A stretch of 64,000 nucleotides of DNA from positions 423,353 through 487,352 of the forward strand of contig BPGL01000001.1 in the NCBI GenBank assembly GCA_026003015.1, written 5' to 3'. The position numbers were made by a program, and so were the translations under genes. The notes beneath the pieces were generated by a model, which was not told the origin of the DNA, did no database searches, and saw nothing but the letters and a program-made list of their open reading frames with translations. Source of the stretch: Actinomycetota bacterium. Its GTDB lineage: Bacteria > Actinomycetota > UBA4738 > HRBIN12. Positions 8,431 to 18,029 of the stretch are shown here, piece after piece (the first letter of the stretch is position 1; the number at the start of each line of letters is the position of its first letter).

Positions 8431-11091
8431 TCAGAGCCCCGTCGCCGCGACCACGCCGCGCAGCACCGCCTCGCGCGCGCGGCGTACCTGCGGCGCGAGC
8501 GCGGCGTCGGCCACGTCCTCCACCTGCCGGAGGAGGTCCACGAGCTGCTTGCACGTGCGCACGAAGTCCCCGGGCGCCATGTCGATCACCCGCAAGACGT
8601 CCTCGAGCGCCTTGCCCTCGGCCCACTCGAAGGCCACGGCGGCGAATCCCGTCTCGAGCTCCCGCGAGGCCGGCACCGCGTGGAGGTCTTCGGCGCGGCG
8701 GACCCGGCGCCAGATCCGCTGGAGCGACTCGAACCGCTCCGAGGTCCGTCCGGTCGGCATCGGGCCTGCGCCGGCGGTTCGCTCTCGGGCCTCGTAGACG
8801 ACCGTGGACAGCAGCGCGGCGATCTCCGCAGGGTCCAGATCGTCCAGGAGCCCCTCGGCGAGGAGCTCCCCGACGACGAGGTCTCCCTCTCCGTAGATCC
8901 GAGCCAGCCGCCTCCCCTTGTCGGTCAGCGCCCATCCCTGCACGTACCCGAGGTCGGCGAGCACCCCGAGGACGCGGTCGAAGCGACGCGCGAGCGTCTC
9001 GGTCCGGGCTCGGATCCTGCGCTCGACCCCGGCGAGCTGCTGCTCGAGCGCGGCGGCGCGGGCGGCCCACCGCGCGTGGCGGGCCCGCTCAGGACACGCG
9101 TGGCAGGGGTGTCGGCGGGCGAGCTCCTCGAGGCGGGCCGCTTCGCGTTCGACGCGGGGGTCGGCGGCGCGAGGACGCCGTGGCCTGCGAGGTGGGGCGA
9201 TCGCGAGCGCCGCCAGGGCGCTCGCCGCGTCGCGGCGGAACCGCGAGCTTCGCGGGCTCCCGGTGCGCGGCAGGGCGATCCTGGTGAGCACCGTCGGAGG
9301 CTCGTCGAAGTCGCGCGCCGCGACGCGCAGCACGGCGCGGTCGCGCGTCACCACGGTCGGGCGGCCGTCGCGGCTCGAGAGCACGACGGCGAGGCCGCCT
9401 CGGCGCGCGCGAGGCACGTGGATCACGTCGCCGGGCGCGAGCGCCGCGACCGCCTCGCGGACGCGAACCGCCCGGACGCGCTCGCGTTCGCGTCGGTCCC
9501 GCTCCCGCAGGTCGCGGGCGCGCTCGACGAGGCGGCGGTACTCGTCGAAGTCCCCGAGGTGGCAGCGCAGGTGCTCCCTGTAGCCCTCGAGCGCCTGCCG
9601 GTGGCGCTCCCGGGCGCGCTCGAGCAGCACCACCGACCGGTCCGCCAGGAACTGGCCGAACGAGGCGTTCAGGAGGTGGTGGGCCTGCTCGGGGGTGTAG
9701 TTCCGCACGAGGTTCACGGCCATGTTGTAGGAGGGCCGGAACGACGAGGTGAGGTCGTAGGTGCGGGTGGCCGCGAGCCCCGCGACGCGCTCGAACGGGA
9801 CCTGGCGCTGGTAGACGACGACCGCGTGCCCGAGCTCGTCGATCCCCCGGCGGCCGGCCCGTCCCGTGAGCTGCGTGTACTCGCCCGGTGTGAGGAGCTC
9901 GTGCCGCTCGCCGGAGAACTTCCACAGGTCCTCGATCACGACCGTTCGCGCCGGCATGTTGATGCCGAGCGAGAGCGTCTCGGTCGCGAAGACGACCTTC
10001 ACGAGCCCCTCCTCGAACAGCTCCTCGACGGTCTCCTTGAAGACCGGGAGCATGCCGGCGTGGTGGGCCGCGACGCCCGCGGCGAGCCCTTCGACGAACT
10101 CGGAGAAGCCGAGCGCCGCCAGGTCGTCCGCGTCGATCCAGGCCGCGCGCGTCTCGGCGCGTTCGCGGATGTGAGCAGCCTCCTCGGCCGTCGTGAGGCG
10201 GATCCCCGAGCCGAGCAGCCAGCGGACGCTCTGATCGCAGCCCGCGCGGCTGAACACGAAGTAGATCGCGGGAAGCATCCCGGCCTTGGCGAGGATCTCG
10301 ACGACCTCCTCGCGGCGCGGCACGTACGCGCGCCGGTGCCCATCCCGGGGGCGCGAGGCCCGCTCGTGCTGTACCCGCCCGCTCCCCCGTCGCCGGTAGG
10401 GGCGCACCCGCAGCTCACGCTGGTCGAGCGAGACGAGGTAGAGGTTGGGCACGAGCAGCCCGTCGTGCTCGACGTGCATCGGGTGCAGGCGGTGGCCGAC
10501 GAGGTAGTGGTGCTCCAGGGGGATCGGGCGCCGCTCTTCGATCACGACCGCCGTGTCGCCGCGGAGCGTCCGGATCCACTCGCCGAACTCCTCGGCGTTG
10601 GAGATCGTGGCCGACAGGCAGATCACGGCCACGCTCGGCGGCAGGTGGATCAGGACCTCCTCCCAGACGGCGCCGCGGTAGGGGTCCTGCAGGTAGTGCA
10701 CCTCGTCGAGCACGACGGTCTGCAGGCCCCGCAACAGGTCGCTTCGCTCGTAGAGCATGTTGCGCAGGACCTCGGTCGTCATCACGACGATGGGCGCCTC
10801 GGGGTTGATCGTGTTGTCCCCGGTGAGCAGCCCGACCCGCTCGGGTCCGTGGGCCGCGACGAGGTCGCCGAACTTCTGGTTCGACAGGGCCTTGAGCGGG
10901 GTCGTGTAGAAGGCCTTGCGCCCGGTCGCCAGGGCGCGCTCGAGACCGAAGACCGCCACGACCGTCTTGCCCGAGCCCGTCGGCGCCGCGACCAGCACCG
11001 AATGGCCCCGGTGCAGGGCGTCGATCGCCCGACGCTGGAAGTCGTCGAGCGGGAACGGGAGCTCGGCCGCGAAGGCCTCGGGGGAGGTCAC
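8431..11091 (-). CDS. helY: Ski2-like DEAD/DEAH-box RNA helicase HelY
   Basis: Shows AAPTGSGKT, LDEVHYL, SATISN and the C-terminal DSHCT-like region. Its position next to tatC/tatA/pafBC matches the mycobacterial helY neighbourhood. Confidence 0.85.
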   Translation of the reverse strand: MTSPEAFAAELPFPLDDFQRRAIDALHRGHSVLVAAPTGSGKTVVAVFGLERALATGRKAFYTTPLKALSNQKFGDLVAAHGPERVGLLTGDNTINPEAPIVVMTTEVLRNMLYERSDLLRGLQTVVLDEVHYLQDPYRGAVWEEVLIHLPPSVAVICLSATISNAEEFGEWIRTLRGDTAVVIEERRPIPLEHHYLVGHRLHPMHVEHDGLLVPNLYLVSLDQRELRVRPYRRRGSGRVQHERASRPRDGHRRAYVPRREEVVEILAKAGMLPAIYFVFSRAGCDQSVRWLLGSGIRLTTAEEAAHIRERAETRAAWIDADDLAALGFSEFVEGLAAGVAAHHAGMLPVFKETVEELFEEGLVKVVFATETLSLGINMPARTVVIEDLWKFSGERHELLTPGEYTQLTGRAGRRGIDELGHAVVVYQRQVPFERVAGLAATRTYDLTSSFRPSYNMAVNLVRNYTPEQAHHLLNASFGQFLADRSVVLLERARERHRQALEGYREHLRCHLGDFDEYRRLVERARDLRERDRRERERVRAVRVREAVAALAPGDVIHVPRARRGGLAVVLSSRDGRPTVVTRDRAVLRVAARDFDEPPTVLTRIALPRTGSPRSSRFRRDAASALAALAIAPPRRPRRPRAADPRVEREAARLEELARRHPCHACPERARHARWAARAAALEQQLAGVERRIRARTETLARRFDRVLGVLADLGYVQGWALTDKGRRLARIYGEGDLVVGELLAEGLLDDLDPAEIAALLSTVVYEARERTAGAGPMPTGRTSERFESLQRIWRRVRRAEDLHAVPASRELETGFAAVAFEWAEGKALEDVLRVIDMAPGDFVRTCKQLVDLLRQVEDVADAALAPQVRRAREAVLRGVVAATGL

Positions 11092-11122
11092 ACGTCCAGT
11101 CTACGGGCGGGTCTTCCCGGCT

Positions 11123-11863
11123 TCAGCGCAGCGAGCCCGGGTCGATCCCGAGGCGGCCCACGAAGGCGAGGAGGAGCTCGGTGAACGCCTCCGGGCGCTC
11201 GAGGTTGGACAGGTGGCCCGCCCCCTGGATGACCGCGAGCTCCGCGCCGGGGACGCGCTCGGCGATCCGCGCCGTCGTCTCGGCCGGGATGAGCTCGTCG
11301 CGATCGGAGGCGATCACGAGGGTCGGCACGGCGATCCGGGGCAGGTCCGGTCGGGAGTCGGGGCGCTCGGCCATCCCCCGAAGGGCCGCGGCGATCGCCG
11401 CGGGCGACTGGTCGGCGACGAGACGCCGAACGCGTTCCCGGAGCTCGGGCGGCGCGGCCGACGACAGGAGCGGCGGCGGCTCCGCGGCGAGGACGTTGCC
11501 CTCCCGGTCGAGCCGCTCCGCGAGCGCCAGGCGGGCCGCGCGGGCGTCCGGCGTGTCGGGCTCGGCGCGGGTGTTCGCGAGGACGAGGCCGGCGAGCCGC
11601 TCGGGTGCGCGTCGCCACAGCTCGAAGGCCACGTAGCCGCCCATCGACAGGCCGCAGACCACCGCCCGCGACCAGCCCGCCTCCTCGAGCGCCGCCTCGC
11701 AGCGCCGGGCGGCGAGCGCCACCGTCCAGGCGCCTCCGGGAGGCGGCGGGGCCTCGCCGAAGCCGGGGAGGTCGACCGCGATCGCGCCGGGGATCGCCGC
11801 GAGCTGCGGCTCCCACATCCGTCGGTCGAGGGGGAACGCGTGGACGAACAGGAGTCCCGTCAT
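11123..11863 (-). CDS. alpha/beta hydrolase
   Basis: GLSMGG is a nucleophile elbow, and a distal Asp and His (GAGHLSNLE) are present. The start overlaps the stop of the upstream gene (ATGA). Confidence 0.8.
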   Translation of the reverse strand: MTGLLFVHAFPLDRRMWEPQLAAIPGAIAVDLPGFGEAPPPPGGAWTVALAARRCEAALEEAGWSRAVVCGLSMGGYVAFELWRRAPERLAGLVLANTRAEPDTPDARAARLALAERLDREGNVLAAEPPPLLSSAAPPELRERVRRLVADQSPAAIAAALRGMAERPDSRPDLPRIAVPTLVIASDRDELIPAETTARIAERVPGAELAVIQGAGHLSNLERPEAFTELLLAFVGRLGIDPGSLR

Positions 11864-12774
11864 CGCACGGCCCTGGGGTTCGGACCGACGACGGTCGGCA
11901 GCGCGGCGGGGGCGACCTCGAAGATCGCCGGCAGGGGGCCGACCCGCTCCCCGTCCGCGTAGACCTGCACGCGCCGGTCGGCCTCGACTTTGACCCGCCG
12001 GGCGCGTACGAGGCGCACCGCCGGGTGGCGCACGTGGGTCCCGCGGAACACCTTCGGGAAGGCCCGGAGGAACGCGCCCTTGGACAGCGCCCGAAGGAGC
12101 AGGACGTCGAGCTCGCCGTCGACGATCGACGCGTCGGGCGTGACGCGCATGCCGCCGCCGTAGCTCGGGGCGTTGCCGACGACGACGAGCATGTGGGGTC
12201 CCTCGACGACCTCGTCGTCGAGCTCGATCCGGAAGCGTGCCGGCGCGAACCGCGGGAGCGTCCGCACGACCGCGGCGATGTAGGTCCCCGTCGAGCCCAG
12301 ACGCAGGCGCATCGCGTTCGCGGCCTCGTTGACCTCGGAGTCGAACCCCGCGCCGGCGACGTTGACGAACACGCGGCGCTCAGGGCCGACGGCCACCCGA
12401 ACGACGTCGATCGCAACGACGTTCGGTCGTGCGAGCGCCCGCGCGGCCGCGGTGAGGGTGCCGACCCCGAGGGAGCGCGCGAAGTCGTCGGCTGTGCCCG
12501 CGGGCAGCATCGCGAGCGCGCCGGCCGTCCCCACGAGGCCGTTCGCGGCCAACCCCGCCGAACCGTCACCGCCCAGCACGGCCACGATCGCCCCGCGCTC
12601 GCCGAGCTCCCGTGCGAGCGACGTCAGGTGCTCGGCCGACTCGGTCACCCGGAACTCGTGCGGCACGCCCTGTCGGTGCAGCAGCGCGTCGACGCGTCCG
12701 ATCAGCCGACCGGCCTTGCCCCGCCCCGCCGTCGGGTTCGCCAGGACGACGATCGGCCGCTCCAAGGCGCCCAC
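11860..12774 (-). CDS. diacylglycerol kinase family lipid kinase (YegS/BmrU-like)
   Basis: Shows VLANPTAGRGKA, the canonical LGGDGS, and LPAGTADDFAR. Confidence 0.8.
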   Translation of the reverse strand: MGALERPIVVLANPTAGRGKAGRLIGRVDALLHRQGVPHEFRVTESAEHLTSLARELGERGAIVAVLGGDGSAGLAANGLVGTAGALAMLPAGTADDFARSLGVGTLTAAARALARPNVVAIDVVRVAVGPERRVFVNVAGAGFDSEVNEAANAMRLRLGSTGTYIAAVVRTLPRFAPARFRIELDDEVVEGPHMLVVVGNAPSYGGGMRVTPDASIVDGELDVLLLRALSKGAFLRAFPKVFRGTHVRHPAVRLVRARRVKVEADRRVQVYADGERVGPLPAIFEVAPAALPTVVGPNPRAVR

Positions 12775-12784
12775 CGCTCCGGGC

Positions 12785-13522
12785 TCAGGGCAGCCCCGGG
12801 ACGCCCGCCCCGGGGGTCTCGGCGGCGCCCGGGGCGAGGCCCGCCGCGGCGAGGCCCAGGCCGTACTCGTTCCACCCGTCGGCCAGCGCGTCGCGGGCGA
12901 GCTCCTCGATCGCCTTCGCGCGGCGCAGGAGCGCCTCGGCCTCGCCCGATCCCCGGGCCGCGAGGGCGGCCAGGCGCGCGGCCTCCGCGTAGCCGCGCAG
13001 GGCGGCGGCGAGCCGCTCCTGGCTGTTCGTGATCGCGTTGGCCTCCCCGAGCGAGAGCCCCTTGTCGCGGATCGCGTCGGCGAGCCCGTGGTCGGCGATC
13101 GCCTCCGCCGAGGCCTCGAGGCGGTCGGCGAGCGCCGCGAGCGTGCGCGCCGTCTCGGTCGTGGCCTCGCCCGAGGCGATCGCGTCGAGGGCCGAGGTGA
13201 GCTCCGGCGCGAGCGTCGGGGGGAGGCCGGGGGGGCCGAGGGTTCCGACCTTGCCCACCTCGGCGTCGACGAGGGCCTTGTACGCGCCGAGGGCGCGGCG
13301 CTGCTCGACCTGTTCCTCGCTGTGGCGGGAGGCCTCGCGGCTCGACCGGATCCCGTTCGTGACCCATACGAGGAACCAAGCGAGCCCGAGGCCGAGGAGG
13401 AAGGCGACGACGAGCTGGACCCACCGGCGGCGCAGGAACGGGGTCGGCGGGGCCACGGGGGCGCGGCGGGGGGCGCGGGCCGGCGGACGGGGCCTCGTCC
13501 TGCCCTTGCCCTTGATCGCCAC
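12785..13522 (-). CDS. membrane-anchored hypothetical protein (single TM, helical Ala/Glu-rich ectodomain)
   Basis: A GTG start lies immediately below the tatC stop. It has a basic N-terminus followed by the TM segment WVQLVVAFLLGLGLAWFLVWV. The upstream part of the 407-aa track ORF is not credible. Confidence 0.5.
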   Translation of the reverse strand: MAIKGKGRTRPRPPARAPRRAPVAPPTPFLRRRWVQLVVAFLLGLGLAWFLVWVTNGIRSSREASRHSEEQVEQRRALGAYKALVDAEVGKVGTLGPPGLPPTLAPELTSALDAIASGEATTETARTLAALADRLEASAEAIADHGLADAIRDKGLSLGEANAITNSQERLAAALRGYAEAARLAALAARGSGEAEALLRRAKAIEELARDALADGWNEYGLGLAAAGLAPGAAETPGAGVPGLP

Positions 13523-13524
13523 GC

Positions 13525-14346
13525 TCAGGACCCCTCGCTCGTCACCTCGGCCGCCGCGTCGCGCCGCCGCCGGGCGACGCGGCCGATGATGATAGCCGCC
13601 TCGTAGAACAGGTACATCGGCGTGCCGAGCAGCAGCAGCGTGATCGGGTCGCCGGTCGGGGTGATGACCGCCGCGAAGACCGCGATCGCCAGGATCGCGT
13701 AGCGGCGCCACGCACCGAGCCGCTCGGGGGTGAGGATCCCGACGAGCTCGAGGAACACGAGGAACACCGGCAGCAGGAAGGACAGCCCGAACGCGAGGAT
13801 GACCAGCACGACGAAGCTCACGTACCGGTCGAACGTGAGCAGCGGCACGACCCCCTCGCCGGCGAAGCCGAGCAGGAACTCGAGCCCGCGCGGCAGCGCG
13901 GCGTACGCGAAGACCGCGCCGAGCGCGAACAGCACGAGGGAGCTCAGCACGAAGGGCAGGGCGAGACGCCGCTCGCGATCGGTCAACCCCGGCGTGACGA
14001 AGGCCCACAGCTGGTAGAGGACGACCGGCAGCGCGAGGACGAGCCCGAGGTACAGGACCATCTTGAGCTTGATCGTGAACGCGTCCACGACCCCGCCGAA
14101 GATCAGCGGGCAGTCCCCCTGCTCGAACGGGCTGAAGGCGGGGTTTCGCGAGAGGAACTCGCAGTAGGGGGCGCGAAGGGCGTCCTTGATCGGCTCGTAC
14201 AGGAACCAGGCGGGCACGGACCCCACGCCGAGAGCGACGAGCGACACGATCAGCCGATGCCGGAGCTCCTCGAGGTGCTCGATGAGCGTCATCGTGCCGG
14301 TGCGCGCCGCCTCGTCGCGGCGCCGTCGGAACGGCAGGACGGCCAT
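13525..14346 (-). CDS. tatC: twin-arginine translocase subunit TatC
   Basis: Shows LIEHLEELRHRL followed by a six-TM pattern. The start may instead be the internal Met at MTLIEHL. Confidence 0.9.
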   Translation of the reverse strand: MAVLPFRRRRDEAARTGTMTLIEHLEELRHRLIVSLVALGVGSVPAWFLYEPIKDALRAPYCEFLSRNPAFSPFEQGDCPLIFGGVVDAFTIKLKMVLYLGLVLALPVVLYQLWAFVTPGLTDRERRLALPFVLSSLVLFALGAVFAYAALPRGLEFLLGFAGEGVVPLLTFDRYVSFVVLVILAFGLSFLLPVFLVFLELVGILTPERLGAWRRYAILAIAVFAAVITPTGDPITLLLLGTPMYLFYEAAIIIGRVARRRRDAAAEVTSEGS

Positions 14347-14358
14347 CGAGCGTTCGGC

Positions 14359-14703
14359 CTACTCCGCGCCCTCGGCGGTGCGCGGGGGATCGGCGGGGGG
14401 TTCGGACGCGGGGTGCGCCTCGTCGGGTCCTCGCGTCCCCGCCCGTGGGGCGGACCCGGGGGACTCGGGGTCCTGCGGCGCAGCGGGCGCGGCCGCGACG
14501 GGGCGACGGGCGGCGGGGCGCGGTGCCGGGGGCTCGGGGTTGAGGTCGATGCGCACGAGGTCGCGGACCTCCTCTTGGGCTCGGCGCAGCTCGCGCAGGC
14601 CGCGGCCGATCTGCCGCGAGAGCTCGGGCAGCTTGCTCGGCCCGACCACGATGAGCGCGATCAGCAGGATGACGAGCAGCTCCTGGGCGCCTACCTGGAA
14701 CAT
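14359..14703 (-). CDS. tatA: twin-arginine translocase TatA/E family protein
   Basis: [42 protein letters not shown] is a TatA TM plus amphipathic helix. It has a Pro/Ala-rich tail. Confidence 0.9.
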   Translation of the reverse strand: MFQVGAQELLVILLIALIVVGPSKLPELSRQIGRGLRELRRAQEEVRDLVRIDLNPEPPAPRPAARRPVAAAPAAPQDPESPGSAPRAGTRGPDEAHPASEPPADPPRTAEGAE

Positions 14704-14733
14704 CGGTCCGGGGCCTCCTGCCCCCGCGTCATC

Positions 14734-14952
14734 CTACCGCCGCCGACCCCGAGCCTCGGCTCGGCGCCCCCGTTCGGCCGCCCGCCGCCCCGCCCGCTCG
14801 GTCTCCTCCAGGAGCGGGCCGAGCTCGTCGGAGAGCCGGCGCGCCGCCCGCCCGAGGCGACGCACCTGGCCGACGAGGGCGATCAGGCACGCGAGGACCG
14901 CGACGGAGCTCAGGGCGGCTACGAGGAACCACACGAGCAACCAGCTCGACAC
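14734..14952 (-). CDS. small membrane protein, unknown function
   Basis: A 72-aa ORF with an N-terminal TM (WLLVWFLVAALSSVAVLACLIALV) and a charged helical tail. It fills the tatA to zinc-ribbon gap. Confidence 0.4.
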   Translation of the reverse strand: MSSWLLVWFLVAALSSVAVLACLIALVGQVRRLGRAARRLSDELGPLLEETERAGRRAAERGRRAEARGRRR

Positions 14953-14987
14953 GGCTCGATGCTACCGCCCGAGCGGGAGCGAGGTGG

Positions 14988-15356
14988 CTACGCGTCGCTG
15001 CTGTCGGCGAGGAAGGCGCGGATCGCGCGGTCGTCCTCGAGGAGGAAGTGGAAGGCGATCACGTCGTCGACGGTGAACGGCGGACCGCCCGGTCGGGCCT
15101 CCGCGGCGCCGTCGAACAGCTCCGGCTGCCGGGCGCGGGGCCCCGAGTCGATGTCGACCCCCGCCGAGACGAGCAGGGCGACGATCTTGCGATCCGCCCG
15201 CTTCTCCACGGCGTCGGCGCAGCTGGGGCAGGTGAAGCGGTAGCTGCCCTCGCGACCGTCCTCACGGACGAACAGCGAGATCGCGTCGGGACCCATGTCC
15301 ACTTCACCGCAACGGGGGCAGGTGGTCCGGATCGTGGTCATCTCGCAGCAAGGCAT
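14988..15356 (-). CDS. zinc-ribbon protein, unknown function
   Basis: CPRCG ... CPSC form a four-Cys ribbon. Codon third-position GC bias is good. The start may be the internal MTTIRT. Confidence 0.55.
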   Translation of the reverse strand: MPCCEMTTIRTTCPRCGEVDMGPDAISLFVREDGREGSYRFTCPSCADAVEKRADRKIVALLVSAGVDIDSGPRARQPELFDGAAEARPGGPPFTVDDVIAFHFLLEDDRAIRAFLADSSDA

Positions 15357-15401
15357 CGGTCGGCGACCGGGCCGGCTTGAGCCCGCGTCCGCCGGACCGG
15401 A

Positions 15402-16391
15402 CTACCTCGATCGGGCCGGTCCGTCGCAGTAGCGAGCCAGGGTGGCCCGGGCGACCTCGCGGACCCGCTCCACGAGCTCCGGCGGGTCCAGGACCTCGGC
15501 GTCGGCACCCAGGCGAAGGACGAGGCGGGCGGCGCGCTCGAGCCGGCGGACCGGAAGCGTGACCTCCACCGAGCCCCCGGCGAGCTCCCGGATCTGCGTC
15601 GTCGCGTAGTACTCCGTCACCCAGCGCGCGCTCGGTCCCAGGCGCAGGCGCACCGGGAGGTCCTGGCTCGTCGCCGTGTACAGCTCCCGACCGAGGCCGC
15701 GCAGCCCGCGGGGGGTGAAGGTCTCCGCCGTGGGCTCGGCCGAGCGGATCCGATCGATCCGAAACAGCCGCTCCTGGTCGGCGTCGACGTCCCAGGCCGC
15801 GACGTACCAATGGCCGAGCCAGGCGAAGACCTCCTCGGGATCGATCCGACGGGAGGTCAGCTCGCCCGTCGAGGCCGCGAGGTAGTCGATCCGCAGGCGG
15901 CGGCGGTCGCGCGCCGCCTCGCGGACGTCCGCCAGGTGGGTGGGCGCGCGACCGCCGCCGGCCACCGCGATCCGCTCCGCCTCGCCGACGACCTCCGGGC
16001 CGAGGGCGGCTCGGAGCTTCTCCAGCGCGCTCGCCAGCGCCGGCGCCTCCTCGACGCCCGGGGTCGCGAGCAGCTCGATCGCCCGCAGGGCCACGGCGAG
16101 CCCCTCCTGGCGCGTGAGCCGCAGCGGCCGCGCGAACTGGTCGGCCATCCGGATCGTGATCCGATCCTCCTCGTCGATCTCCACGTCGATCAGGTCGCCG
16201 GGCCCGTAGGGCGGAAGGCCGGACAGGAACAGGAGCTCGAGGTCGCGGCGGAGCTCCGCGGGAGCGACGTCGAACAGGCGCGAGGCCTCCTGCACGCTCG
16301 TGCCGGGGTGCTGGACGAGGTAGGGAACGATCGTGAGCATGCGGCCCAGCCGTTCCGCCGCTCGGGTCGGACGGGCGGAGCGCTCAGGCAT
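15402..16391 (-). CDS. pafC: WYL-domain transcriptional regulator PafC
   Basis: The start at MPERSARP overlaps the pafB stop. It has an HTH, a WYL region (GHWYVAAWD) and a WCX-like C-terminus, and is paired with pafB downstream of pafA as in mycobacteria. Confidence 0.8.
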   Translation of the reverse strand: MPERSARPTRAAERLGRMLTIVPYLVQHPGTSVQEASRLFDVAPAELRRDLELLFLSGLPPYGPGDLIDVEIDEEDRITIRMADQFARPLRLTRQEGLAVALRAIELLATPGVEEAPALASALEKLRAALGPEVVGEAERIAVAGGGRAPTHLADVREAARDRRRLRIDYLAASTGELTSRRIDPEEVFAWLGHWYVAAWDVDADQERLFRIDRIRSAEPTAETFTPRGLRGLGRELYTATSQDLPVRLRLGPSARWVTEYYATTQIRELAGGSVEVTLPVRRLERAARLVLRLGADAEVLDPPELVERVREVARATLARYCDGPARSR

Positions 16392-17349
16392 CCGCGAGCT
16401 CCCGAAGCCGCCGCACGACCTCCTCGCGCACCGCCGCCGGCGCGATGACCTCCGCGTCCGGCCCGTACTCGAGCAGGGGCGCGACGAGCGCCTCGGCGTC
16501 GTGGAACGGGATCGACAGCACCACCCACCCGTCCTCGAGGCTGCGAACCTCCTGGGCTTGCTCGAACGCCTCCAGCGCGTGCCAGGCGACGTCGGGCGCG
16601 AAGGCCACCTCGGCCCGGTCGTCGCCGCCCGGCTCCCAGGGGCCGGCCCGGACGTGGTCGCTCGGGGCGAAGTCGGCGGGGGGCGCCGAGCCCTCTCCCA
16701 CGCGCTCCAGGGCCGTCGTGACGCGCGACAGGCGGAACGCCCGGACGGCGTCGCGGCCGGCGTCGCGGCCGACGAGGTACCAGTGGCCCGCCCGGAACAC
16801 GACCGCCCAGGCGTCGACCTCGCGGGTCCCGGCGGCGCCGGCCGCCGTTCGGTAGCCGAAGCGCACCCGGTCGTGTCGCTGGGCCGCCGCGGCCGCGGCG
16901 ACGACCACCTCGCCGTCGGCGTCGGAGCCCGCCACGAGCGGGCCGCCGGGCTCGCCGGTGAGGACCCCACCCTGCGCTCCGTACAGGAGCTTGCGGACGC
17001 CCCGCTCCAGGGCGATCTGTCCTCCCCCGCTGCGGGCGGCCACGAGCAGCGCGGAGATCTCCTGCGGCGTGAAGGCGATCTCGGGCAGGTAGTAGCGGTC
17101 CTTGGGGATGACGTAGCCCTGCTCCGTTCCCCAGCGGTCGACGTCGACGAGCTCGAGGGGGACGCCGTACTCGCGCAGGACGTCCTTGTCGCGCTCGAAC
17201 TTCCGCTTGGCCGACTCCAGGTTGTCCCCGCGGTAGGCCTCGAGGGTCGTGCGGATCTCCTCGAACGTGAGGGGCCGACGGGTCTCGAGCAGGAGGCCGA
17301 CGAGGTTCAGCAGCCGTTCGAGCGGATCCGGCCGGTCCTCCCCCGCCAT
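16384..17349 (-). CDS. pafB: WYL-domain transcriptional regulator PafB
   Basis: Shows ERLLNLVGLLLETRRPLTFEEIR (HTH) and GHWYLVGRD (WYL). It is adjacent to pafC. Confidence 0.8.
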   Translation of the reverse strand: MAGEDRPDPLERLLNLVGLLLETRRPLTFEEIRTTLEAYRGDNLESAKRKFERDKDVLREYGVPLELVDVDRWGTEQGYVIPKDRYYLPEIAFTPQEISALLVAARSGGGQIALERGVRKLLYGAQGGVLTGEPGGPLVAGSDADGEVVVAAAAAAQRHDRVRFGYRTAAGAAGTREVDAWAVVFRAGHWYLVGRDAGRDAVRAFRLSRVTTALERVGEGSAPPADFAPSDHVRAGPWEPGGDDRAEVAFAPDVAWHALEAFEQAQEVRSLEDGWVVLSIPFHDAEALVAPLLEYGPDAEVIAPAAVREEVVRRLRELADA

Positions 17350-17395
17350 CGCTGGGGCATCATAGCCGGGCGATGGTGCGCGGCCGACGAACAGC

Positions 17396-18022
17396 GTGAT
17401 CCGCTACGAGCGCACGCCGGAGGGGCGGCTCGTCGCCCTCGCCCGCGTGCGGGTCGGCGTGCGGGCCGTGACGATCGAGGTCGACCTGGGTGCGTGGTCG
17501 GGCCCGCGGCCCGATCCCGGGGGACTCCGCGGTCGTCCGGTCGTCGTCGTGCCCGAGGGGGCGACGGAGCTGGCCGTCGTCGGCGCACGGCGCGCCGGCA
17601 GGACCGAGCCCGCGGTCCTGGCGCCGGGCCCGGCGCTGGCCGCCGCGCTCCTGCGGTCCACGGCCGAGGTGCTCCTCGTCCCCGGCGGGACCGCCTCGAC
17701 GCTGACCGTCGCGCGCGCCCTGGGCGGCCGCCCCATCGCGGCCCCGCCCCTGCCCGACGAGGCGGCCGTGCGTCGCCTCCTCGAGGGCTGCGAGGTCGAC
17801 GTCCACGTGGTCCTTCCCGCCCGCGACGAGCCGACCCGGCGCGCGGCTCGGACGCTCGCGCTCGGCCTGGGTCTCGAGCGCCTGCACCACCTCGTGGAGG
17901 TCGACCCCGCCCCGGGCCTCGTCGAGCCCGGCGCCGACCCGGGTCCCGCCGGGCTCGCCGCCGCCGCCGCCGGCGTGCTCGGGGGACGGCTGGCGGCGCA
18001 GGCGCGTGCGTGGAGGCCCTGA
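17396..18022 (+). CDS. hypothetical protein
   Basis: This is the only ORF in the pafB-pafA gap with coding-like third-position GC. It starts with GTG. I recognise no motif. Confidence 0.4.
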   Translation: MIRYERTPEGRLVALARVRVGVRAVTIEVDLGAWSGPRPDPGGLRGRPVVVVPEGATELAVVGARRAGRTEPAVLAPGPALAAALLRSTAEVLLVPGGTASTLTVARALGGRPIAAPPLPDEAAVRRLLEGCEVDVHVVLPARDEPTRRAARTLALGLGLERLHHLVEVDPAPGLVEPGADPGPAGLAAAAAGVLGGRLAAQARAWRP

Positions 18023-18029
18023 AGCGGCC

